A stretch of 63,996 nt of DNA, the filler included, from Catajapyx aquilonaris (Eukaryota): assembly GCA_000934665.2 (NCBI GenBank). It is 3 parts of 3 records of this genome, joined end to end, with 100 filler letters (N's around TTAATTAATTAA, not from the genome) between each part and the next. Parts side by side here need not be neighbours in the genome. Positions count along the whole stretch, not along the records: positions 43,394 to 63,996 come from JYFJ02006225.1; 2 more parts are not named here. The stretch is one strand, 5' to 3'. The notes beneath the pieces were generated by a model that was not told where the DNA came from, ran no database searches, and was given only the letters and a program-made list of their open reading frames with translations. Both the position numbers and the translations under genes were made by a program. Numbering within the stretch: the first letter of the stretch is position 1; each line of letters opens with the position of its first letter. This document shows, one piece after another, positions 50,026-61,047 of this stretch.

Positions 50026-50734
50026 TTACGCAGCACTGCATTCCTGTAAGCAGTAACATGAAAATAGTTTTAATGAAAAATAATATGATTACCCTACTTA
50101 ATTGAAATAGCATTTACCTGTCTCAAAGTCATCCCTGTACACACAATTTGTCTGGAGGCCTTACATTCTAATGGTGCTCCTCCTGCAATGGGTAATTATT
50201 AGTTACTATTCTAACTCCAAATAACAGTTATAACTGACCGGTTTCCGTGCAGTTATCAATGATATTCATCATGAACTGCTTAGTGTCAGTGTGTCCTTTG
50301 GAATAAATGAAGTTAACGAAATCTAATGATTTTATATTTCCGTCCATATCGAGCTGAAATGAACATAAGTAATTATTAATTAGTACAGTATGCTATTTTT
50401 TTGTACTGTTAATTACCATGCCAAGTTTCATGAACTGACACGTTTCCATCTCGCACTGTGAAGACACAATAGGATATTAGCACACTTTGCACATCTAACT
50501 GCGACATAAATCTTACCGCATTATCAGCATGTAGACATGTCAAAATCGCATCAAGCAAGTCGCATTCAGAGGTCTGCGGTATTGAATCAGGGTAGAGGCA
50601 ATGAGCCGGCTAAATTGTAGAAAAGAAATGGTCCACTCTGTACTAATCTTCATCAAATTTTAATGGAATCTACTTACTTCATGTTGGCCAACTGCTAAAG
50701 TTGACATGAGGATCAGTAGAGCAAAAGCGATCAT
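50026..50734 (-). CDS. Secreted Cys-rich odorant-binding-protein-like protein (copy A), 6 coding exons, 128 aa
   Basis: Exons are 50734-50678, 50609-50517, 50455-50417, 50353-50239, 50182-50118 and 50043-50026. Intron phases (0,0,0,1,0) and the 93/39/115-bp exon lengths match copy B. Product: MIAFALLILMSTLAVGQHEPAHCLYPDSIPQTSECDLLDAILTCLHADNACEMETCQFMKLGMLDMDGNIKSLDFVNFIYSKGHTDTKQFMMNIIDNCTETGGAPLECKASRQIVCTGMTLRQECSAA. Confidence 0.8.
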
Positions 50735-50780
50735 TGTTGCTAGTTGTCACACAGGAGAGATATGACTCAAAGAACATGGC

Positions 50781-53005
50781 TTATAGGCTTATCTGAAACC
50801 ACTTCCTCTTCTTGTGGGATTTAATCAGATTAGAGCAGCTGACGTTTGCTAAAGTACTTATTATATGCACCACTTCCCATACGAAACAGGTGATAGCCAA
50901 TCCGGAACCGGCAAGCATCAACTGAAATGGAGCCTTCAACTGATTCAGTTGGAAACGTTGTGGCCCGGGGTCCGGGGTCCAACCATATCCATTGTGAAGT
51001 AGTTGGAAAGAATCATGCAGAAGTAAAGGTACACGAACACTAGTAGTTTGACAGGAGGGGTCATCTTCTTCAGTCCCGGACCTTGTCCCAGGAGAGGAGG
51101 AAAGGTGTCCAGGAGGAGTGTTGTCATCCACTGGGACAATTTAAACCCGGTGCATCTTCTGTCAGAGGCCAACAATATAACAGTGGTGACCATCCCAACA
51201 GTAATCAGCAGGAGAAATGTGACTGTCCACTCAAATGGTATCAGATGCAATGCCCATGCAGTGTGAATTGCACTTCTTTTCGTTATGATCAGCATCTTTC
51301 TAATTTTGTACGGTTGCATGTAAGCTAACTTCTGCATTGGATAAAATTTTATCAACTGCTGATGGCAAAATGAATATTTCTTTCCAATATCTGACTCTGT
51401 GGTTTGGTAATTTAAATATTTTTGGAGCATATTGTTATAATGCCGTAGATAATGATGATTAAGTCAACCAAAGTTAACTTAGCCTCAGGGCGTACTACTA
51501 CGACTTATAGTGAATAGGCAACCTGCAATGGTTCCTATTCCGTACCGTCAGATCAATCTAATCGGTAAAAGAGCTCAGCAGGGAGTAACGAGACATCAAT
51601 ACAGGTTTGCATCAAACACAGGTATTTATTGGACAGACATGATCAACAACTACAGTCGGGTTCTTGAGACGACATCTCACCTAGTCGCACTCCGTCTGCT
51701 TCTGGTAGACATCCTGGCGTCTGCTCGTTGTTGACCGTCCTTCTCGGCGTATAGGCGTCAGGTCAGGGCTCCAGGTCTTCAGTGGTCACTCCTCGTCTAC
51801 CTCGATGGTCCACCGAACGACTCCCCTCCCTAAACGTTCACGTTACTTGGACACTACCAAGTTACTAACTCCCCAAATCCGAATGCCAATTGAATGCCCC
51901 TTCTCTAGTAACCCATCCCCTATTTATGGAACTCAGGCTGGAAGTTAAAGGGCGTGGGAATCCTGAGAGCACCGCCCTCCAGGATTCACATGACTTTAAG
52001 ACAGTCATGTACAGGAAACGTGATCTAGGAATAAGGATGTTTCTTAGCATTTCGGGTTCATAGGGTCCGCTGACTACTCAGAGGAAAACTAACAAGATGA
52101 GGTCATCCTGAATAGTTGGGCAACTGTGTGGTCAGCCTAAAAGGTCATGAATCCACACTGTGTTAGAAAGAATGACTCGCCCAGGATGTGGAGCACTCAT
52201 GCTACCACAAACCCCCTTAAATAGAGTTCAGGTCAGAGCCCTTTCAGCACAACGTTAAGATAACGTATAATTGCCGAAAATGAACTAGGTTTTAGCCCTA
52301 AATGTAACAATATTACTAATCGGTGTGACACAGTTGCAAATGTGAATTTTCCTCCCATTTAAGTTGACAGTCCTGAAATCAGGAAACACTTCTCTGAAGA
52401 ATGTGACGTTGTTTCTGATGCATGGTCACTGAATAGTTTCCATTGTCGCAAAAGTAACAAGGCGAGATCAGTCGAAAGCGAATTTTGCCATTTATGTGTT
52501 CAAACTGGTCGATTCCAACTCGGTTTGTCATTGACTCAAATTCCAACTCGATCGTTTCTTTGGTCATCCCATCTTTCATGTGATGAATATTAAAATTTCT
52601 CATTCCCCGAGGATACTTTAGTCCCTCATAAAACAAGTCGTAATTTAAATTTTGACTTGTGTTTGAATGAGAGTAATGAACAGTCACGAAGCACTGTCCC
52701 GCCCTCTGCATCACCAGTGGATGGTTGTTCCCTCCCCCAATCCGATGCACGCTGGAAGCAATGACAAGAGACGTGTTGACACTTGTTGTCAGTGGTGACA
52801 GTCCAGTTGGCAGCACTGGTTCGTCGTGGAGGATGGCGACGGAGCAGTTGGCCAGCCTGCCATCCGCCTCTTGAATCTTGGTCACTGTTTCGGCGAACAA
52901 TCTTTCTTCCGAGTCCTCATCACTGGGCAGGAGAGTGACCTTTGTGTGGACAACACCAGTGATAAAGATGAGTACAAACGTGGAACTTGCGTATGAGACC
53001 AACAT
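50781..53005 (-). pseudogene. IR-3 pseudogene (solo-LTR insertion, frameshift, ~0.5-kb deletion)
   Basis: The 5' part is nearly identical to IR-4. It is interrupted at 51433-52309, and MDMVG is joined out of frame to GPQRFQLNQLKAPF near 50980. Confidence 0.9.
51433..52309 (-). mobile_element. Solo LTR (877 bp), probably Gypsy-type
   Basis: ATAT|TGTTA...TAACA|ATAT gives a 4-bp TSD. On the minus strand a TATA-like ATAAATA (51927-51921) precedes AATAAA (51630-51625). Removing the insert restores colinearity with the IR paralogues. Confidence 0.85.
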
Positions 53006-53708
53006 CGTTGAACTGTAGTTTAATCTGTACCTTCCTCTGGAAGATCAGACGCGAAAATGGTCAAGAAATGAAACAACGCTGGGTTGAGTGGTGGCTTTCA
53101 CTACGATGACACACTTGTCAACAAATCGATTCTTTCAACACAAGGTCTCCTTTGAAATCCCATGTCTTTCCCACTGACAGCTAAACATATGCTTTCATCT
53201 ATCGCTGATCCATTCAAAACACAATTGTGGTATACAAACCGCAAGACTATTTTTTTCAAACAGCGGAATTTTCAGTTTTTCATCAGTGTCAGAATTATGG
53301 CTAACAATGTCTCTCAACACAATTTAACTATTGGGCCAGCAGACCACTCGGGTAGTTTTAGATAGTCCATCAATTTTTACTGTATACAGTGCTCTTCAGA
53401 GTTGAGACGCGGCAATAAAGGCTGCTGGTGCATTGTGAAAGGTAATGAATAGTTAAAACTTCTTACATTAACATTTTAATGTTTAATGGTCTTTCACATT
53501 GTACAACAATATTCGCATACTTCCCAGCAGACCCATCACGTTCAAAGCCAACATAACAATTTAAGTAATGGTAACCTTTGAAGTTTGAATGTCTTTTATC
53601 GCAGTGTGCAGGTGTGAAAGAATCAATATGCAAAAAGCTCGTGTAGGGAAAAAGATGTTTGCCCAATTGTGACTACGTATTAAAGATTATATGAAAATGC
53701 CCTTGACC

Positions 53709-55481
53709 TCATAACGTTGCACTGTACAACACTTCACATATATAACAAAACACAGATAATACGGCACCAGCAAATAGCAACGTAAAAGGAGTCCTCAACT
53801 GGTTCAGTTGGAAGGATTTTGGTCCATTCTCATCAATCGGACTCACAACCCCTGACTTGAACCACATCATCTGATGTATGTAAGAAACAACTTCCAAATC
53901 CATGCGAAGCATACCACTAAACAGACCCATGTCAACCAATATCAGTACTGCTCTATTTAGAGATTCGTAGATGACTGAGTATTTCCTCATCTCTAGGCCG
54001 ACCATCACGTATGGGAGGTCACTCTCTGACATGTAAAGCTGGTCACGGTGAAGGTCCCTGTCAATGTCAAGGTAATACTTCCAGTATCCGTCTTCTATCA
54101 AACAGGCGTACTTCTGGGTCAGGGCGATGGCTATGCACTGTTTAAGTGACATCAAAAAGAGTGTGCCCCATCGTATTTCCACCTTCGAGGCAATAGTTCT
54201 GTGAATATTGTTGCTAGTAGAATTTCTGATTGAGTCAAAGTATCCTTGTGCAGACAGAGATCCCCACTTGTATTTCATGTCAATCAAGTCCTTCAAAGTG
54301 TCCACATTCCTTGTACGTGTAGTCACAAAGATTCCCACCATATCTGATGTGAAGTAATTGGAAAGAAGCATGCAGAAGTAAAGGTACACGAACACTAGTA
54401 GTTTGACGGGAGGGGTCATCTCCTTCAGTCCCGGACCTTGTCCCAGGAGAGGAGGAAGGGTGTCCAGGAGGAGTGTTTTCATCCACTGGGACAATTTCAC
54501 CCCTGTGCATCTTCTGTCAGAGGACAACAATATAACAGTGGTGACCACCACAACAGAAATCAGCAAGAGAAGTGTGACTGTCCACTCAAATGGCATCAGA
54601 TGCAATGACCATGCGGTGCTAATTTCATTTCTTTTAGTTGTTATTAGAATCTTTCTGATTTCGTAAGGATGGGTGTAAGCTAATCCATGCTGCATTGGAT
54701 AAAATCTTATCAACTGCTGTTGGCAAAATGCATATTTCACTTTAACGTGTGATTCTATAGTTTGGTAATTTAAATATTTCTGAAACGCATCATTTATGGC
54801 TGTGAAGCAGTTGCATATGTGAATTTTTCTTCCTTTGAGATTTACAGGAATCCCCAATTCAGGAAACACTTTCTTGACCGATGGTAAGTTGTGTCTGATG
54901 GTCACTGAATAGTTTCCATTGTAGCAAAAATAACAGGGCGAGATCAGTCGAAAGCGAGTTTTGCCATTTATGCGTTCAAACTGGTCGATCCCAACTCGAT
55001 TTATCATGGACTCCGATTCCCAATCGATCATATCTTTGGTCATCCCGTCTTTCATGTGATAAACATTAAAATTGCGCAGTCCCCGAGGATACTTTAGTGC
55101 CTCATAAAACAAGTCGTAATTCAAATTTTGAGGTGTGTTTGAATCCAAGTAATGAGCAGTCACGAAGCACTGTCCCGCCCTCTGCAGCACCAGTGGATTG
55201 TTGTTCCCTCCCCCAATCCGATACATGCTGGAAGCAATGACAAGAGACGTGTTGACACTAGTTGTCAGTGGTGACAGTCCAGTTGGCAGCACTGGTTCGT
55301 CGTGGAGGATGGCGACGGAGCAGTTGGCCAGCCTGCCATCCGCCTCTCGAATCTTGGTCACTGTTTCGGCGAACAATCTTTCTTCCGAGTCCTCATCACT
55401 GGGCAGGAGAGTGACCTTTGTGTGGACAACACTAGTGATAAAGATGAGTACAAACGTGGAACTTGCGTATGAGACCAACAT
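53709..55481 (-). CDS. Divergent ionotropic receptor IR-4, intronless, 590 aa
   Basis: Signal peptide, PCYFC, LMPFEW, LLGQG, LSNYFTSDM, VDTLKDL, YACL, NRAVLILVDMGLF, FQLNQLRTPF..ICE. Confidence 0.88.
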   Translation of the reverse strand: MLVSYASSTFVLIFITSVVHTKVTLLPSDEDSEERLFAETVTKIREADGRLANCSVAILHDEPVLPTGLSPLTTSVNTSLVIASSMYRIGGGNNNPLVLQRAGQCFVTAHYLDSNTPQNLNYDLFYEALKYPRGLRNFNVYHMKDGMTKDMIDWESESMINRVGIDQFERINGKTRFRLISPCYFCYNGNYSVTIRHNLPSVKKVFPELGIPVNLKGRKIHICNCFTAINDAFQKYLNYQTIESHVKVKYAFCQQQLIRFYPMQHGLAYTHPYEIRKILITTKRNEISTAWSLHLMPFEWTVTLLLLISVVVVTTVILLSSDRRCTGVKLSQWMKTLLLDTLPPLLGQGPGLKEMTPPVKLLVFVYLYFCMLLSNYFTSDMVGIFVTTRTRNVDTLKDLIDMKYKWGSLSAQGYFDSIRNSTSNNIHRTIASKVEIRWGTLFLMSLKQCIAIALTQKYACLIEDGYWKYYLDIDRDLHRDQLYMSESDLPYVMVGLEMRKYSVIYESLNRAVLILVDMGLFSGMLRMDLEVVSYIHQMMWFKSGVVSPIDENGPKSFQLNQLRTPFTLLFAGAVLSVFCYICEVLYSATL

Positions 55482-56580
55482 CGTTGCACTGTAGTTGAAT
55501 CTGTACCATCCTCTGGAAGATCAGACGCGTAAATGGTCAAGAAATGAAGGAACGCTGGGTTGAGTGGTGGCTTTCACTACCACGACACACTTGTCAACAA
55601 ATCGATTCTTTCCCGTTGACAGCTAAACATATGCTTTCAAGTATCGCTGATCCATTCAAAACACAATTGTGGAATACAAATCCGCAAGACTATTTTTTTC
55701 AAACAGCGGAATTTTCAATTTTTCGTCACTGTCAGAATTTTGGCTAACAATGTCTCTCAACACAATTTAACTATTGGGCCAGCAGACCACTCTGGTGGTT
55801 TTAGATAGTCCATCAATTTTTACTGTATACAGTGCTCTTCAGAGTTGAGACGCGGCAATAAAGGTTGCTGGTGCATTGTGAAAGGCAATGAATAGTTAAA
55901 ACTTCTTACATTAACATTTTAATGTTTAATGGTCTTTCACACTGTACAACAAAATTTGCATACTTCAATTCGATGAATTAATATTCGATGGCACATTACC
56001 GGCGATGTTTTCGTTATTTAATGTAGATATATACATTGGGCTTTTTATTTTAAAAGAGAAGGAAAAGTTTACACATGACATTTAACAATAATAATATATA
56101 TCATGCGGTAAATAAACACTGCCGGCATATAGTAAGTCATACCAAGTGAAATTACATAATATACAATAGATTGCCATTTTAGCGTCTATGAAAATTGTAC
56201 AATTATTAAGAGATTTAGCCAGCATACAGGTTAATGGCTTAAGTGATCTAGCTTACAACAGTTTTTTATATATAGGGAACTGGTAGATAAGATTAGATAA
56301 AATACAGGAAGCTTACACCGGATTGCAGGGATAATAATTCGACATTCTAAGCGGCGTACATAATGAGTTTCATATATACTAGGTGATGCCGTTCATCTGT
56401 TAAATATGTGAGGATCTATTTCACAATATATTTAATGACACCGACTAATACAAAAAAAAATCTTCTGTGCGAGTAAAGTTGTTTAAAATGGCCATAATTG
56501 AATACATAGTAATATATCGTATACTGTTCGCAATCACATGAATTGGAGCAACATACTTCTAATGTGAATTATTTTTCCAG

Positions 56581-58408
56581 CTATAATATTTTAAGGTTCC
56601 CTAATCTTAATAATTTTCCCTTACTATAACGACATGACTTTACTTGGTACAGCACTTCACAAACGAAAGAAGTGATAGCAATTCCAGCACCCGCAAAGAG
56701 CAATTGAAAAGGAGCCTTCAACCGACTAATTTGGAAGCTCTGCGGGTTTGTTTCATCAATGGGAGATGGAGCCACTGACTTAAACGACACCATCTGGTGT
56801 ACGTATACATACCTATGAAAGGCCATGTCGATAATTCCCTTAAGCAGTCCCATGTCAACCATTATCAACGTTCCTCTGTTCAGAGACTCGTACGTGACTG
56901 AGTATTTCATCATCACTAGGCCCACCAACTCCTATGGAAGGTCACTCTCCGAAATGTGAAGCTGGTCACGGTGCAGGTCACTGTCGATGTCAAGAAAATA
57001 CTTCCAGTATCCGTCTTCTATCAAACAGGCGTACTTCTGGGCGAGGGTGGTGGCTATGCATTTAATCAATGAAGGGTAAAAATCTTTAAAATCATATAGT
57101 TCTACATGTGACGCAATTTCTCTATGAATCAAGTTGGTACTAGTGTTACGTATTAAATCGTAGTAATACTGAGAAGAGACTGAACCCCATTTGTATTTCA
57201 TGTCCAGCAAGTCCTGCAAAGTGTCCACATTCTTGGCACGTTGGGAAGTCAAGTTTCCAACCATATCCATTGTGAAGTAGTTGGAAAGAAGCAGGCAGAA
57301 ATAAAGGTACACGAAAACTAGTAATTTGACGGGAAGGGTCATCTCCCTCAGTCCCGGACCTTGTCCCAGGAGAGGAGGAAAGGTGTCCAGGAGGAGTGTT
57401 TTCATCCACTGGGACAATTTCACCCCTGTGCATCTTCTGTCAGAGGACAACAATATAACAGTGGTGACCACCACAACAGAAATCAGGAAGAGAAGTGTGA
57501 CTGTCCACTCAAATGGCAACAGATGCAATGACCATGCGGTGTGAATTGCATTTCTCTTAGTTATGATTATAATCTTTATAATTTCGCAAGGGTAGGTGAA
57601 AGCTAGGCCACCCTGCATTGCAGACAATGTAATTAATGCCTGTCCATTAAATGAGTATTTTTCTCGTATATCTGACTTTATGGTTTGGTAATCTTAAATA
57701 TTGCTGAAGGATATGATTAATGGGTGTGAAATATCTCCGTATGTGAATCTTTCTTCCGTTAATGTTGACAGTGCCAACTACTGGAAATACCTTTTTCACG
57801 GAGGTGACGTTGTTCCTGATAGTGACGGAATAGTTTCCATTGTCGCAAAAGTAACAAGGCGAGATCAGACGAAAGATGGTCCCGTCATTTTCTCTCCCAA
57901 ACTGGTCGATCCCAACTCGGTTTATCACACACTCCGATTCCCACTCGATCATACCTTTGGTCATCCCGTCTTTCATGTGATAAACATTCAAATTGCGCAG
58001 TCCCCGAGGATACTTCAGTGCCTCATAAAACAAGTCGTAATTCAAATGTCGACTTGGGTTTGAATCCAAGTAATGCACAGTCACGAAGCACTGTCCCGCC
58101 CTCTGCATCACCAGTGGATAGTTGTTCCCTCCCCCAATCCGATGCATGCTGGAAGCAATGACAAGAGACGTGTTGACACTTGTTGTCAGTGGTGACAGTC
58201 CAGTTGGCAGCACTGGTTCGTCGTGGAGGATGGCGACGGAGCAGTTGGCCAGCCTGCCATCCGCCTCTTGAATCTTGGACACTGTTTCGGCGAATAATCT
58301 TTCTTCCGAGTACTCATCACTGGGCAGGAGACTGACCTTTGCTTGGGCAACACCAGCAGTGATGAAGATGAGTATAAACGTGGCACTTGCTGTGTATAAG
58401 AACACCAT
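56581..58408 (-). pseudogene. IR-5, full length but with a +1 frameshift and a premature stop
   Basis: Close paralogue of IR-7. It has an extra base at ~57693 and an in-frame TAG at 56934-56932 where IR-7 has TAT. Confidence 0.85.
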
Positions 58409-58759
58409 TGCGGTACTGTGGTTGATTATGAACTTTCTTCCTGAATATCGGGTGCGAATATGGTCGAGCAATAAGACATTTTTCCATTGCGTGACTTTCA
58501 ATACGTCGATATGCTTAACTGCATAACGACTATTTTTACACAACAGTTCCTTTCAATAATATCAAGTACCGGTACTTTTCTTATAACAGCTATAGAGACG
58601 ATTTCGACTGTGTCTGATCGATGCAAGACAAAATTGGGAAATACGAAGTCCGCAATGATGTTTCAAATAAAATTCCAGGAACTCCAATCTTGGCCACTGT
58701 CAAGCCAAACAATCGTTCTCCCATTGTCACTTTTCCAATGCTGTGGAAATAACGTTTTT

Positions 58760-60550
58760 TTAGTGCATAGCATGCCGTAATGATTTACTCAACAACACCT
58801 CACATACGAAACAAGTGATAGCAATTCCAGCACCGCCAAACAGCAACTGAAAAGGAGCCTTCAACTGATTCAGTTGGAAGCGTTGTGGTCCGTTTTCATC
58901 ATTCTGACGCTCAACACCTGACTTAATCCACCTCATCTGATTAACGTATGCAGCGGCATCAAAGCTCATGTGGAGCATACCTGTAATTAGTCCCATGTCA
59001 ACCAATAACAATGTGGCTCTGTTCAGAGATTCGTAGATTACTGAATACTGCCTCATAATCAGGCCTACCATCGCATATGGGAGGTCACTCTCGGAAATGT
59101 GCAGCTGGTCACGGTGCAGGTCACTGTCAATGTCAAGGTAGTACTTCCAGAATCCGTCTTCCATTAAACAAGCATACCTCTTGATAAATGTGGTGACTAT
59201 GCATTTTTTGATTGAAGAATAAGTCTCATTGCTCCGAAATATTTCAACATTCGATGCAATTTCCCTATGAATAATGTTGGTAGTATTATTATGTATTGCA
59301 TCGTAGTACCCACGAGGAAATGTCGATCCCCACTTGTATTTTAAATCAATCAAATCCTGCAAAGAGTCCACATTCCTTGTACGTGTCGTCGCAAAGTTTC
59401 CCACCATATCTGATGTGAAGTAATTGGAAAGAAGCATGCAGAAGGAAAGGTACACGAAAACTAGTAGTTTGACAGAAGGGGTCATCTCCTTCAGTTCCAG
59501 ACCTTGTCCCAGGAGAGGAGGAAAGGTGTCCAGAAGGAGTGTTTTCATCCACTGGGACAATTTCACCCCGGTGCATCTTCTGTCAGAGGACAACAATATA
59601 ACCGTGGTGACCATCACAACAACAATCAGCAAGAGAAGTGTGACTGTCCACTCAAATGGCATCAGATGCAATGACCATGCAGTGTGAATTGCATTTCTCT
59701 TAGTTACAATTAGAATCTTTCTAATTTTGTAAGGATGGGTGAAAGCTAAGTCAACGTCCATTCTAGGCATTTCTCGTATTATATGATGCTGGCAAAAGGT
59801 GTATATTTCTTTTATGGGTGATTTTATGGTTTGGTAATTTAAATATTGCTGTAGTATATTATTAATGGGATAGAAATCCTGGCAAATATGAAGTTTTCTT
59901 CCGTTGAAGTTGACAGTGCCCAGTTCAGGAAACACTTTTTTGAGGGATGTCACATTGTCTCTGATGGTGACAGAATAGTTTCCGTTGTCACAAAAGTAAC
60001 AAGGGGAGATGAGTCGAAAGTTTGTCTCGCCATTTATTCTCTCCAACTGGTCGATTCCAACTCTGTTTATCATACACTCCGATTCGATTTTTATAGGTTT
60101 TGTAGTCTCCCCGTCTTTGATGTGATAGAGGTTGAAATTGTGCAATGCTCGAGGATACTGCAGTTTCTCGACAAACAATTCATACTTCACCTTTTGATAT
60201 GTGTTTGAATCCGAGTAATGAACAGTCACGAAGCACTGTCCCGCCCTCTGCATCACCAGTGGATAGTTGTTCCCTCCTCCAATCCGATGCATGCTGGAAG
60301 CAATGACAAGAGACGTGTTGACACTTGTTGTCAGTGGTGACAGTCCAGTTGGCAGCACTGGTTCGTCGTGGAGGATGGCGACGGAGCAGTTGGCCAGCCT
60401 GCCATCCGCCTCTTGAATCTTGGACACTGTTTCGGCGAACAATCTTTCTTCCGAGTCCTCATCAAGGGGCAGGAGAGTGACCTTTGCCTGGGCAACACCA
60501 GCGATAAGGATGAGTACACACGCGGCACTTGCACAGGATAACGACGTCAT
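58760..60550 (-). CDS. Divergent ionotropic receptor IR-6, intronless, 596 aa
   Basis: Same motif order as IR-4, with an uninterrupted ORF. Confidence 0.88.
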   Translation of the reverse strand: MTSLSCASAACVLILIAGVAQAKVTLLPLDEDSEERLFAETVSKIQEADGRLANCSVAILHDEPVLPTGLSPLTTSVNTSLVIASSMHRIGGGNNYPLVMQRAGQCFVTVHYSDSNTYQKVKYELFVEKLQYPRALHNFNLYHIKDGETTKPIKIESECMINRVGIDQLERINGETNFRLISPCYFCDNGNYSVTIRDNVTSLKKVFPELGTVNFNGRKLHICQDFYPINNILQQYLNYQTIKSPIKEIYTFCQHHIIREMPRMDVDLAFTHPYKIRKILIVTKRNAIHTAWSLHLMPFEWTVTLLLLIVVVMVTTVILLSSDRRCTGVKLSQWMKTLLLDTFPPLLGQGLELKEMTPSVKLLVFVYLSFCMLLSNYFTSDMVGNFATTRTRNVDSLQDLIDLKYKWGSTFPRGYYDAIHNNTTNIIHREIASNVEIFRSNETYSSIKKCIVTTFIKRYACLMEDGFWKYYLDIDSDLHRDQLHISESDLPYAMVGLIMRQYSVIYESLNRATLLLVDMGLITGMLHMSFDAAAYVNQMRWIKSGVERQNDENGPQRFQLNQLKAPFQLLFGGAGIAITCFVCEVLLSKSLRHAMH

Positions 60551-61047
60551 TGTGATATATCACACAGAATGGTTTTCCGCCTGCCACACTACAAGACCTG
60601 TCTTCTGCAAATCGAGACGACGCTTTTACGCCGTTCCAGATATATATAGGATGAAGTCCGCAAACTAATTTGAGTAATGGTGCCTTGAATGATTTCATGC
60701 TCTAATTGTGTCGGTTATAGTTGTCAAAGGAAACAACATAGTGTGACAAGCTTTTGTAATATCATTCTTCTAAAAGGCTAAAACCTTCTTTCCAGCGGCA
60801 TAATTTTTGAGCAGAAAAGGAAAAGAACAAAAATTAAGAACAAAATCAAAAAGTTTGGAATTATTCCAAAGTATAAAATTTTGAACTTTTCACAAAATCC
60901 AGGCCAGGCACAAGATGGCAAACCGCGGTGGACTTATCGGAATTATTTGGGGATATTTATTCAAGCACAATTTGTATGGCGGCTTGCGTGGGTGGCAGCC
61001 GCCAGCAGATGGCAGCACATATCCAAGCGTAATATTTTAAGATAATC

